Origin: Alphaproteobacteria bacterium
GTDB taxonomy: Bacteria > Pseudomonadota > Alphaproteobacteria > JBFXJJ01
Length of the DNA stretch: 64,000 bases
Direction: 5' to 3'
Assembly (NCBI GenBank): GCA_050175015.1
Contig: JBFXJJ010000002.1
Span: 128,001 to 192,000, forward strand
This document shows positions 31,989 through 40,649 of the stretch, one piece after another. Numbering within the stretch: the first letter of the stretch is position 1; each line of letters begins with the position of its first letter. A program made the position numbers and the translations under genes. The notes below the pieces were generated by a model. It saw only the letters and a list, made by a program, of their open reading frames with translations. It was not told the origin of the DNA and did not search any database.

Positions 31989-33260
31989 TTAACCAACGGC
32001 AACCCTGTTTCGACCGTCTTTTTTGGCCTTATACAAAGCATCGTCAGCTTTTTTGATAACGTCCTCAGCCGAAGAATCAACTCTCCCCTTTTCTGCAACT
32101 CCCATTGAAACCGTAACTTGGACAGTACTCTTTTGAGCCTTTTCCTTATCTTTAGAACGCAGGCGAAATTCGGTTTGCTCAATCTTTTGACGAATTTCTT
32201 CTAAATAGTCTTTTGCTTCATTTTTGCTTTTGCCAGGAAATAATATTGTAAATTCTTCACCGCCATAGCGATATGCTTTTCCGCCGCCGCCCACAGAAAA
32301 CAAGTTGCTGGCTACCATTCGCAACACTTGATCTCCAACGTCGTGGCCATAAGTGTCATTAAACTTTTTAAAGAAATCAATATCTGCCATAGCAACCGCA
32401 TAACGGCTTCCCAGCTTTTTCAAATCCGCTCCTAAGGCTTGTCTTCCTGGGATTCCTGTTAAGTGATCGTGAAATGCCATATTATAAGAATCTTGAATTA
32501 TGGAAGCTAAAATAATCAAAATAGATGCGAGGAAAAACTCAACTGGCATCTTATCGCCAACAAAATGAAGTCCAAAAAACAGCGTAATCGTAACCGTTAA
32601 AAAACCACAATCCATTGGTTTGCCTGTAATTGATGCCTTAACCATAAACCACAAAAAAGATACCAAAAATGCTGTCAATCCCACTTGGGGAATTGGCGTG
32701 CTTTTAAAACTATTTTGGAAAATTTCCATATTAACAAAGTCATTGAGATTTTGAGCAATCTTTAAAAACCTTGCCGCATAAGGATCGTCGGCTTGATAAA
32801 ACGCCATAAAAAAGACTAACGCTGTTTGAGCTATTAGAAATAATATTTTTAAAAAACCTTGAAACGTTAAAAGTCCTCTCTCCTCAAGATACGAAAATAT
32901 GATTAGATTTAAAGGGGCTAAAAAACAATATGCAGGAAAGAATACCAAACTGTACAAATCAGCGCCTAATCCATTGGAAAGCTTTAGATAAATTAAGAGA
33001 TAGCCCAAGAATGAAACTAAAGAAATAAACAATGCCTTAGTTTTATTGAACCACCAAGAAAGGACAATTGCGATGGCAACGGAGATAAAAAAGAAATAAT
33101 GAATCATAAAAAAGCCGAATTTAGGCATCTGAGGGAAAAGCGCTCTGACGACTAAGGCTCCAGCTAAAAAAAAGGTCGGAACGGCTGCCGCTTTCGCTAT
33201 TTTTAAATATTCTAAAAGTTTTTTTGCTCGACTTTGCACCTTAAGCTCCCGATATAACAA
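31989..33260 (-). CDS. Membrane-bound diguanylate cyclase
   Basis: Multiple TM segments; DHLTG, DIDFFKKFNDTYGH..GD, RYGGEEF, ADDALY.AK..GRN. Confidence 0.93.
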   Translation of the reverse strand: MLYRELKVQSRAKKLLEYLKIAKAAAVPTFFLAGALVVRALFPQMPKFGFFMIHYFFFISVAIAIVLSWWFNKTKALFISLVSFLGYLLIYLKLSNGLGADLYSLVFFPAYCFLAPLNLIIFSYLEERGLLTFQGFLKILFLIAQTALVFFMAFYQADDPYAARFLKIAQNLNDFVNMEIFQNSFKSTPIPQVGLTAFLVSFLWFMVKASITGKPMDCGFLTVTITLFFGLHFVGDKMPVEFFLASILIILASIIQDSYNMAFHDHLTGIPGRQALGADLKKLGSRYAVAMADIDFFKKFNDTYGHDVGDQVLRMVASNLFSVGGGGKAYRYGGEEFTILFPGKSKNEAKDYLEEIRQKIEQTEFRLRSKDKEKAQKSTVQVTVSMGVAEKGRVDSSAEDVIKKADDALYKAKKDGRNRVAVG

Positions 33261-33374
33261 TCGCCCGCAAGAATTGTCCTTTGCGAGTTAAAAAATGTTC
33301 CATTTCTTAAAAGAACTTAAACTAAAAAAGTTAATAATTATGTTATAAAATCAAAAAAATCTTTAAAAATTTTG

Positions 33375-34253
33375 TTACCAAACAAAATAAGGCACCGCCG
33401 CTCTTGGAAAAACACCATAATGCCTTGCTAAATCTGTAATATTTTCACTATCAGGAAGAGCGCCCAACGTCATTTTTATTTCTCGGCGGTGAACTCCAGA
33501 GGCAATTAAAACGCTGTCCAAACCAGCTTTATCAGCCCCGATTAGATCTGTTTCAAAAGAATCACCTATTACAACGGTACGTTCTTTGTAAATATATTCT
33601 GGAAGTCCTTCTAAACAGTATTTAAAAACTCTGGGATCAGGTTTTCCTCTTCTAAAAACCACTCCGCCCAAACGTTCATAATAATTGGCGATGCTTCCAG
33701 AACCAGGAACCGCAACGCCAGAAGCAATGCCTTTAACATCAGGATTGCAGCAAATCATCGGCAGCCTTAAATCTACAGAACGTTCTAAAACTGGTCTTAA
33801 TGATGTTTCATCAGCCCCAGAAAAAGGAAGTCCAGTTAATAAAATAAAGTCAGCTTCTGCAATGGTCGGCGTTTCTTTGTAATTTAAACCGTCAACTATC
33901 CCTGTTATTCTTTTAGCGCCAATATGAAAATAATTATATCCTAGATTTTTAAAAAAAGAATCTTGGCGAGCCTTCATTTCATAATGAATAACTTCTCCTG
34001 ATGACAAAAGACCATAATAAAGATTACGTGTAAGTCCAACAGCCTCAAGAGTAGATGCGACAATTTCCGAGCGCCTTGAAGAATTTGTTAGAAAAACAAC
34101 TTTTTTATTGGCCTGCGACAATGCTATTAACGCATCAATCACACCATCATAAGGTCTGTTTCCTTCAAAAACTACTCCCCATAAGTCGACAATAAAAGCA
34201 TCATAGTTATCAGCTAAGTTTGAAATTCCAGATAATACGGGGATATTAGTCAT
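33375..34253 (-). CDS. HAD-IIA family hydrolase
   Basis: DLWGV, LTNS, NPD, GKP, IGDS..TD..GA. Confidence 0.88.
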   Translation of the reverse strand: MTNIPVLSGISNLADNYDAFIVDLWGVVFEGNRPYDGVIDALIALSQANKKVVFLTNSSRRSEIVASTLEAVGLTRNLYYGLLSSGEVIHYEMKARQDSFFKNLGYNYFHIGAKRITGIVDGLNYKETPTIAEADFILLTGLPFSGADETSLRPVLERSVDLRLPMICCNPDVKGIASGVAVPGSGSIANYYERLGGVVFRRGKPDPRVFKYCLEGLPEYIYKERTVVIGDSFETDLIGADKAGLDSVLIASGVHRREIKMTLGALPDSENITDLARHYGVFPRAAVPYFVW

Positions 34254-34265
34254 AAACTCTCTTCT

Positions 34266-35396
34266 TTATTGCTGGCGCATATCATACCCAACCGCATCTT
34301 GAACAGACTGAAAACCATCTGCTCTCAAAAGTGCGGCAAGTTCTTTTCTAATTTTTTTAACAACATATGGCCCATTATAAATAATCGCAGAATAAACCTG
34401 CACTAAAGATGCCCCTGCTCTAATTTTTAAATAAGCGTCTTTTCCTGAAAAAACACCGCCTACCCCAATTATAGGAATCTGCCCTTGAGTGTGATAATAC
34501 ATCTCTTTAATTAAATGGGTGCTGACTTCAAAAAGAGGCTGCCCAGATACCGAAGTTTTAAGTTTAGTATCGACCTTCTTGCTTGTAAGGGTTTCCGTTA
34601 ATCTTTTGGAGCCGCCAGCAACCACAATTCCATCAATATTATTAGCAATAGCACATTTTGCTGTGGCTTCTTTGCTTAAATCGCTCAAATCTGCCGAAAC
34701 TTTAAGAAGAAGTGCAGGCTTAGTAATTGGTGCCACAACATCAATTGCTTTGCGCAGACGTGATAGCAACGCATTAAGACTGTTTTCAACCTGATATTCT
34801 AAAAGTGATGCCATATTGATTGCAGAAATATTGATTGTTACATAATCACAAAAAGGCGCAACCGCACGCAAAGCTTTTTCATACTCCCCAACAGGATCTG
34901 TTTTGCCGATATATTCGCCTTTTTTATCGATTTCCACAATGGAACCTTCGCCAATACTAACGCCTACAATATTTTTGCGGGCTCTTCTGGCTGTAAGCTT
35001 TGCTGCCGCTTCTTTAGCCCCATCATTAGGAAAACCAATGGTCGCATCAGATATAGCAAGATCGCTGGAAAGACGAATGGTCGCCCTTTTTACTTTTTCA
35101 CCGTCAATAGTTATAGTTCCAACTTCACCAAAACCAAAACCGACATCTGATAAGTCATCAATAACTTCGATGTCGGGATCATAGCCAGCCGCAACGCCTA
35201 TGGGATTAGGAAAGTTACGATTCCACAAAGACACCTTTAAAATAGGATCGTCTCGCATTGGAGGTTCAGAAAAAGAACCGTCCTTTAAAAGCCAATGCTG
35301 CCATTTACGAGCAGTTTCAGGATTGCACCCTTTTAATACTGGACCTAAAAAATTCCAAGGGTTTTGGGTCATCTTCTTCAGAAAAAAACCAGCCAT
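34266..35396 (-). CDS. Class 2 dihydroorotate dehydrogenase homolog with degenerate active site
   Basis: NPIGVAAG, EVGTIT, SG.PL, IIGVGGV.SG.DAY.KIRAGASLVQ.YS retained; NISSPNT loop reads NISAINM. Confidence 0.8.
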   Translation of the reverse strand: MAGFFLKKMTQNPWNFLGPVLKGCNPETARKWQHWLLKDGSFSEPPMRDDPILKVSLWNRNFPNPIGVAAGYDPDIEVIDDLSDVGFGFGEVGTITIDGEKVKRATIRLSSDLAISDATIGFPNDGAKEAAAKLTARRARKNIVGVSIGEGSIVEIDKKGEYIGKTDPVGEYEKALRAVAPFCDYVTINISAINMASLLEYQVENSLNALLSRLRKAIDVVAPITKPALLLKVSADLSDLSKEATAKCAIANNIDGIVVAGGSKRLTETLTSKKVDTKLKTSVSGQPLFEVSTHLIKEMYYHTQGQIPIIGVGGVFSGKDAYLKIRAGASLVQVYSAIIYNGPYVVKKIRKELAALLRADGFQSVQDAVGYDMRQQ

Positions 35397-35470
35397 ATAT
35401 TTTCTCCAATTATATCTTTATTTCATATTTTTAAACATTTTATCCTAAAAATACAATATATGATATTCAT

Positions 35471-35902
35471 TCAGTCAATATTATTATAAAAAAGCTTATC
35501 TCCAATCTCTAAACAAGGAGCCTTTCCTCTTGCCCACAAAGGGTATTCAAAAACATCGTGAAAGATTGTTGCGCCTTTAGTTATGTCATCTACAGCGTTA
35601 TGAAGTTTTTTCAATGAAATCCTTTTGCATATATCAAAGGCTTTATCATCTTTCGGAATATTATTTAAAAGGAAATAATCATAACTATGTTTATCCCAGC
35701 AAGAAAACAACTTCGAATCCATACAAATAGTTGTCAGTTTTGTATTTGAAGATGATTTCTTTACTCTGTTAATAGCCACACAAGCCATAGCTTCCATCAT
35801 TTTTAAGGAATCATTGTGAGACATTCCATAAATAGTTTTTGCTAAAACTTGCCAATCTTTATTTTCTTCATTTTCTTGTTTTTTTTGCTTTACTTCTTCC
35901 AT
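35471..35902 (-). CDS. SleB/Hydrolase_2-family cell wall hydrolase homolog (catalytic Glu apparently lost)
   Basis: LAKTIYG, NRV, FSCW, D.TKGAT.FH, P.WA; GEARGE position reads GMSHND. Confidence 0.7.
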   Translation of the reverse strand: MEEVKQKKQENEENKDWQVLAKTIYGMSHNDSLKMMEAMACVAINRVKKSSSNTKLTTICMDSKLFSCWDKHSYDYFLLNNIPKDDKAFDICKRISLKKLHNAVDDITKGATIFHDVFEYPLWARGKAPCLEIGDKLFYNNID

Positions 35903-35930
35903 TTCTTAAATCTCCTTAAAACTTTTAAAT

Positions 35931-37418
35931 TTATACTTCAAAATTAGTTTCTGCCTCAAAATTGCCGCTGCAACCACGCCAATCACCTTTTGATGCCGCT
36001 CTGCCATAAGCTTTTATTCTTATCGGTTCTGATGAGATACAGCCTGCAACCGCATCTAAGCCATCATCACGACCTTTTCCGCCAGGAACCCAGTTCCGCA
36101 TCTCCTCAACAAAAGGTGTTGCTAAAACGCTTTTGTGAACATTTAAAGCTTTGTCTGCCAGCAGAGCGTCAAAAGCTTCCATAATTCTGATGTCTTTTGC
36201 TTTACGGCTGTTTTCTTCAATCACACTGCACGCAACGCCAGCCTTTGCCAATTTTTGGCGCAGGATTCCAGGTAAGAATCTGCCAATGCCATTTTTTTCA
36301 ATTCTAATTGACGGTAAAAAATATCTTGAGGCGAAAGACGCAACCTTTTGACATTGAATACTTGCAGCCTTATCACTGTCATCGGCATTGACTTCTAAAT
36401 AACGCACCCGATAAAGCCAAAGAGAACCGTCTTCTGCGGTAAATACGCAGGCAATTACACTACCATCGCCCTTGTTTGCTCCCACACCATAAGCAGGATC
36501 CCACCAGCAGGAGGCAGAAACCAGCCGTTTATCACCTAATTTTAATTCCATTTTTCCTTGAGAAAATGCAGTTTCGATTTCGTTATCAAAAATCACAAGA
36601 TTTTCGACATCAAGCCTGCCGTCCGTTATATTAACTGGCTCTAACATCATTTGACTTAAAAATGATTTTTCACCATTGCGTCTTCTTATCGCTGCTATAC
36701 GGGAGAGCGAAAAACGTTCAGGCCAGCTGCTTTGTCCTGATTCATCTAAAATCGGTATCTGCAATTTATCAAAACCCAATAAAAAAGGCTCATTATCAAT
36801 ATGAGCCTTGTCTTTTTCTGTCTGATAAATCGTATTAAACGTGTGGGGCGTTCCGATATAAAGCACCATTCCTTTCGGCGTTATTATGTAGTCAAGTTCC
36901 TTTAGTTTTTCCCTAAGATCCTTTCTTTTAAAAGACGTATCCGAATTTTTAGGAACCTCAATATCATCGCAAATAATAATATCAGCTCTTGAACCCGTGA
37001 TATTGCCGCCAAGACCTCTTGCCAAAACCGACGGATCTCTTAATTCTGCTCTTCTTGCTATGATAAAGCTGTCTTTCCCCCATTGCTCTTTTTTCAAAGG
37101 AATTAAATGACGGGTCAAATCGTGCCTTTCAATAATACGCTTGATATTACGCACCATTTTTCTTGCCAGCTCTTGATCTGCTGCCATTACTAAAATGCGT
37201 AAATCAGAATTTTGAAGCAAAACCCAAGCACAAAACAAACCAACAATCGTTGATTTTCCAGAATTACGAAAAGCCATAAGCAGAGCTTCTCTTTTCTTGC
37301 TATGCCAAATTTTAGTCAGCCATTTAACTATAATTCTTTGATGCTTCGGAATTTCAAGTCCTTGAGCTTTGTTCCAAATCCAAACAAATTCTAAAAAATC
37401 AACTTTTGTTGTCATCAT
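35931..37418 (-). CDS. Terminase large subunit
   Basis: Walker A AFRNSGKST, GSRADIIICDDIE, IGTP, WPERF, nuclease WDPA and DDGLDA. Confidence 0.9.
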   Translation of the reverse strand: MMTTKVDFLEFVWIWNKAQGLEIPKHQRIIVKWLTKIWHSKKREALLMAFRNSGKSTIVGLFCAWVLLQNSDLRILVMAADQELARKMVRNIKRIIERHDLTRHLIPLKKEQWGKDSFIIARRAELRDPSVLARGLGGNITGSRADIIICDDIEVPKNSDTSFKRKDLREKLKELDYIITPKGMVLYIGTPHTFNTIYQTEKDKAHIDNEPFLLGFDKLQIPILDESGQSSWPERFSLSRIAAIRRRNGEKSFLSQMMLEPVNITDGRLDVENLVIFDNEIETAFSQGKMELKLGDKRLVSASCWWDPAYGVGANKGDGSVIACVFTAEDGSLWLYRVRYLEVNADDSDKAASIQCQKVASFASRYFLPSIRIEKNGIGRFLPGILRQKLAKAGVACSVIEENSRKAKDIRIMEAFDALLADKALNVHKSVLATPFVEEMRNWVPGGKGRDDGLDAVAGCISSEPIRIKAYGRAASKGDWRGCSGNFEAETNFEV

Positions 37419-37705
37419 TCATCTTCCATATCTGCTAAAGCCGCTCTGGCATCAGCTATTAACTGTTCAGCAATATCATCTTGGCTCGGCTCATCTTGCG
37501 TTTTTTCTGCCCATTTCATAAGCTTTAACAAGGTATCAATATGAGCCATTGCAGCTTTGCAAGCTGAGTGATAATTCGCAAACCCCTTGGCGTCCATTGG
37601 CGCTTCGGTTTTTGAAAAAAGCTCATATCCCAAAATGGCTTCTGAAACTTTTTGCGGAATAATCATTAGTAAATGTTTTTTCAAATCTTCACTTGAAAAT
37701 GGCAT
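37415..37705 (-). CDS. Helical protein coupled to terminase (small-subunit position)
   Basis: Stop overlaps the terL start; RBS ggag; function inferred only from position. Confidence 0.55.
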   Translation of the reverse strand: MPFSSEDLKKHLLMIIPQKVSEAILGYELFSKTEAPMDAKGFANYHSACKAAMAHIDTLLKLMKWAEKTQDEPSQDDIAEQLIADARAALADMEDE

Positions 37706-37742
37706 AATCTTTCTCCTTTAATATTTTTTCCTTCAAGAAATC

Positions 37743-38147
37743 TTATTTAAGATTTTTCTTAAACAGACTATCAGCAATTTTTTCACCACTGCGCCCCACG
37801 ACATAGCCGCCAACACCGATATTTAAAAGCTGCCAAAGTTCATCAGGCATATCTAAAGTAACTGATGCCCCAAATAATGCTTGAGCATAAGGTGCTATTA
37901 AAAAATTGTTGATTAAAATTGCCGTAATCGAGAGCATTAGGATAGGACGCCACTGCGATGTCAGCGTTTTTTGACTATTGGCTTCTGCCAAAACAATATT
38001 GGCTGCCGCCTTATCCATTTCCGCAGAATGACTTAATATCTGCATTTGAGCTTCATTCTTAGCCTTTTCGGCGGCTTCCTTATCGGGAATAACTTTGTCG
38101 ATTACACTGCTTATAACGGGTAGGATTGCTGCTAAAATTGCCGTCAT
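37743..38147 (-). CDS. Holin (3TM / GTA-release holin-like)
   Basis: IDK.IPD, AEA.S, WRP, G.GGY..GRS.EK motifs with TM segments. Confidence 0.8.
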   Translation of the reverse strand: MTAILAAILPVISSVIDKVIPDKEAAEKAKNEAQMQILSHSAEMDKAAANIVLAEANSQKTLTSQWRPILMLSITAILINNFLIAPYAQALFGASVTLDMPDELWQLLNIGVGGYVVGRSGEKIADSLFKKNLK

Positions 38148-38176
38148 ATCTTTTTCCTTTCATAAAATTTAGCCAT

Positions 38177-38198
38177 AAAAAAAGCCCCTTGCGGAGCC
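38177..38198 (-). terminator. Intra-operon terminator between lysozyme and holin
   Basis: Minus strand gctcc-gcaa-ggggc followed by T7. Confidence 0.65.
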
Positions 38199-38225
38199 AC
38201 ATAAAAGTTGCCATTTATTTTAATT

Positions 38226-38636
38226 TCAGCCTTGTTTAATCATCTGGGCTATTCGAGTTGACCTTAAGCCCACCTGTTTTGCCCAATCACTATTAAGCGC
38301 TTCAATAGCCGCTTTTTCAAAATCGCCAAACTCCATTGCGCTCAGCATCTTTTTAAAACCAAGAAGCCTTTTGATACCTAGGTTAAAGCACATATTGGCA
38401 AGCGCTCGTTGTCTTTTCTCTGACATATTCCGCCACCAGCTAAAATTTTTATCTAATTCAAATTCCACGTTTTCAATATCGTTTTCTAATAGATAAAATG
38501 CCTCATCTTTGGTGATGCCAACATCTTCAATATTGCGCCCGATACCGATAGTTAATTTGCCCTTGCTGCATAAATAAGGTTTTAACTTAAGCCCCTCATC
38601 TATGAGTAAATCTTTTTTAAGTTCCTCGTTATTCAT
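38226..38636 (-). CDS. Phage lysozyme (GH24)
   Basis: DEGLKLKPY.C..GKLTIGIG, NMCFNLG, S.WA.QVG.R. Confidence 0.9.
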   Translation of the reverse strand: MNNEELKKDLLIDEGLKLKPYLCSKGKLTIGIGRNIEDVGITKDEAFYLLENDIENVEFELDKNFSWWRNMSEKRQRALANMCFNLGIKRLLGFKKMLSAMEFGDFEKAAIEALNSDWAKQVGLRSTRIAQMIKQG

Positions 38637-38893
38637 TTATCCAACCTTCCCCATAAGCCATAAACCATTGCCGCTAAAAGCGCCGTTGTTGATAATCTTA
38701 CAAAAGTCTGCCAAGCTACACTTTTGGTCGCCCGCCAAGCATCAAGCAAGTTCTTTATCTCTTTAATATCATCTTGAGAAAAAGCCTTTTCTACACCTTT
38801 TTCGACTGCTGTTTCCAATACTTTTTCAAACTCTTCTCTTGGCATACAAACAAAACCGCCTTCAGCACAAGGAGTTAAAATTTCTTTTGTCAT
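38633..38893 (-). CDS. DUF6127-like phage membrane protein
   Basis: EFE..L..A.E.G, IKNLLDAWR, QTFVR..TT.LL; C-terminal TM. Confidence 0.6.
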   Translation of the reverse strand: MTKEILTPCAEGGFVCMPREEFEKVLETAVEKGVEKAFSQDDIKEIKNLLDAWRATKSVAWQTFVRLSTTALLAAMVYGLWGRLDK

Positions 38894-39055
38894 CTAGCTC
38901 TCCTCTTCTTCGATTGCTTGCTCTATTTCCTCACTTGTTGGTTTTACCTGAACTTCATCAAGCCAGATTAAATCATCAAAGGTGTCGCCATTTAAAGTCC
39001 ATCTAGCATTGATGCGGATTTTCATTAAGGTTTGAATTATTTGTTCGTGTGTCAT
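38894..39055 (-). CDS. 53-aa tail fibre assembly/XkdW-like protein (not in the ORF track)
   Basis: ATG overlaps the fibre TGA (ATGA); MTHEQIIQTL...ARWTLNGDTFDDLIWLD...KPTSEEIE; stop abuts the next ATG. Confidence 0.7.
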   Translation of the reverse strand: MTHEQIIQTLMKIRINARWTLNGDTFDDLIWLDEVQVKPTSEEIEQAIEEEES

Positions 39056-40143
39056 ACTGCAATCTCCTTGATTGTTAATGTTACAGGGGTTGTAGTACTA
39101 GAAGATATAGACACCGTTGACCCCACCGTTCCTACAGCCATAACTCTTAATTTAAAATTTTTAGTCGTTAATGATGTATTGTTTATAATTGCTCTTATAT
39201 ATAAAGGAGCGTCAACAAGGGCTTCCCCTGTACTCTTACTAACTGATCTAAAGCCGCATTCTGCTGTATTTAATTGAGTCTCGTTATTTACATCATAGAT
39301 TTCAGCTCTGCCTAACAAATAGGCATCAGCTTTATCAGCTCCATAATAATATTGATTAAAAATTCTATATCCGCTGGCTTCAATGATTAAAATCGAATTT
39401 GAAGACTTCGGGGTGTATGCTAATGTCAAGACAGCTTGGAACTCCTGCTCAGTCGTTGTTAATGAAGACGTCCTTGAGGACATTTTAAAACCAATCTGCG
39501 TTCCTGAAGCTGTAAGAATTTCATCTCTTGCTGCCTCGGCTGCTATTTGGGCGGCAACAGCTTCGCCTCGATAACCATCGGCTGCGCTTTCACTACTGGC
39601 AGCGCTTGCTGCACTTGAAGCTGCCAGCTCGGCTTGAGCCGTTGCGCTAGTAACAATGGTATCAAAATTATCGCTGCTATTGATAAGACCATCACCGTCT
39701 TCATTCCAAAGAAGAGCCTTGCCTGCATTGGGGGACGGCATCTCGGTATTTATATCCGCCGCATAAGCTGGCAGTTTGAATGCTCTTGAAATACTGTCAT
39801 CAATCTGCTGAATTGCAGCCGTTTGAAAATCAAGTTCATCGTTAATAACCTTTGCTCTAAAAGCTCCACCTGTTTGAAAATCTGATGTTCGTTCTATAAC
39901 CAGATTTCTAAGAAGCGTTACTATGGTCCCTTGCGTTGGAGCGGTATCTAAAACAATCTCACCGCCTCCGCTTTCTCCTGCACCAGAGATACTAAAGCCT
40001 GTGGTTATCTGCTCACTATCAAGCCAAACCTGCAAATCCTCGTCTTTAAAAATAGGAAAAGAATAAATAAAAATGGTTTGTTCTCCATCTGCTTCATAGC
40101 GTATTCTTGGAGTTACATCTCCAATAACAATATGTTCTGTCAT
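39052..40143 (-). CDS. Short tail fibre with T7 gp17-like N-terminal anchor
   Basis: Y.ADG.QT.F.Y.F.IF...DL.V, R.L.IER.SDF, NDELD; Ala/Ser coil; beta-rich C-terminus. Confidence 0.75.
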   Translation of the reverse strand: MTEHIVIGDVTPRIRYEADGEQTIFIYSFPIFKDEDLQVWLDSEQITTGFSISGAGESGGGEIVLDTAPTQGTIVTLLRNLVIERTSDFQTGGAFRAKVINDELDFQTAAIQQIDDSISRAFKLPAYAADINTEMPSPNAGKALLWNEDGDGLINSSDNFDTIVTSATAQAELAASSAASAASSESAADGYRGEAVAAQIAAEAARDEILTASGTQIGFKMSSRTSSLTTTEQEFQAVLTLAYTPKSSNSILIIEASGYRIFNQYYYGADKADAYLLGRAEIYDVNNETQLNTAECGFRSVSKSTGEALVDAPLYIRAIINNTSLTTKNFKLRVMAVGTVGSTVSISSSTTTPVTLTIKEIAV

Positions 40144-40169
40144 TTTTTAATCCTTCATAAAAAAATCTT

Positions 40170-40649
40170 TTAAAGAAGTGAACCTGAAGAACCTAAGACG
40201 TTGTTATAATATCTTAAGTTATTCATAGCACTGCTGTAGTTTATTGAGTTTAAATCCATAAGATTCTGGCGCTTTTCGTTGCTTAAAGAACGAGTTACTT
40301 GAGATATTTTGTACTGATCCATTTCTTTATCATAATCAGCATCTTCATCAGATCTTTTAGCCATACCCATTTGTACTGCCGCCGAAGAACCGCCGCTTCC
40401 AACTCCAGAAGCTCCCATTGCCGCTCTTTGCGTAGCCAGTTCTGCTTTTAAAAGATTAAGCCGCTTTTTTTCTCTTGCCTCTGCTGTAGTTTTGATATTT
40501 TCAATACTAGCTTGTGCGGCTTCTTCCTGAGCAGCCTGTGTTGCTGCCACGTTTTTTGCCTGAGCTTGATACTGCTTATTAGTTTGGTATTGTCCCAACA
40601 AGCCTGTTCCAACTCCAGCAATAGCTGTCGCTGCCTGTAATGCTCCCAT
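40170..40649 (-). CDS. Internal virion protein (gp14-like)
   Basis: Gly/Ala-rich N-terminus, QRA.MGASGV..GGS motif, follows the nozzle gene. Confidence 0.6.
   Translation of the reverse strand: MGALQAATAIAGVGTGLLGQYQTNKQYQAQAKNVAATQAAQEEAAQASIENIKTTAEAREKKRLNLLKAELATQRAAMGASGVGSGGSSAAVQMGMAKRSDEDADYDKEMDQYKISQVTRSLSNEKRQNLMDLNSINYSSAMNNLRYYNNVLGSSGSLL

Noticed and set aside
31989-34253. Diguanylate cyclase and HAD-IIA as part of the virion system
   Set aside because: Common host families with no shared promoter motif seen; only co-orientation links them
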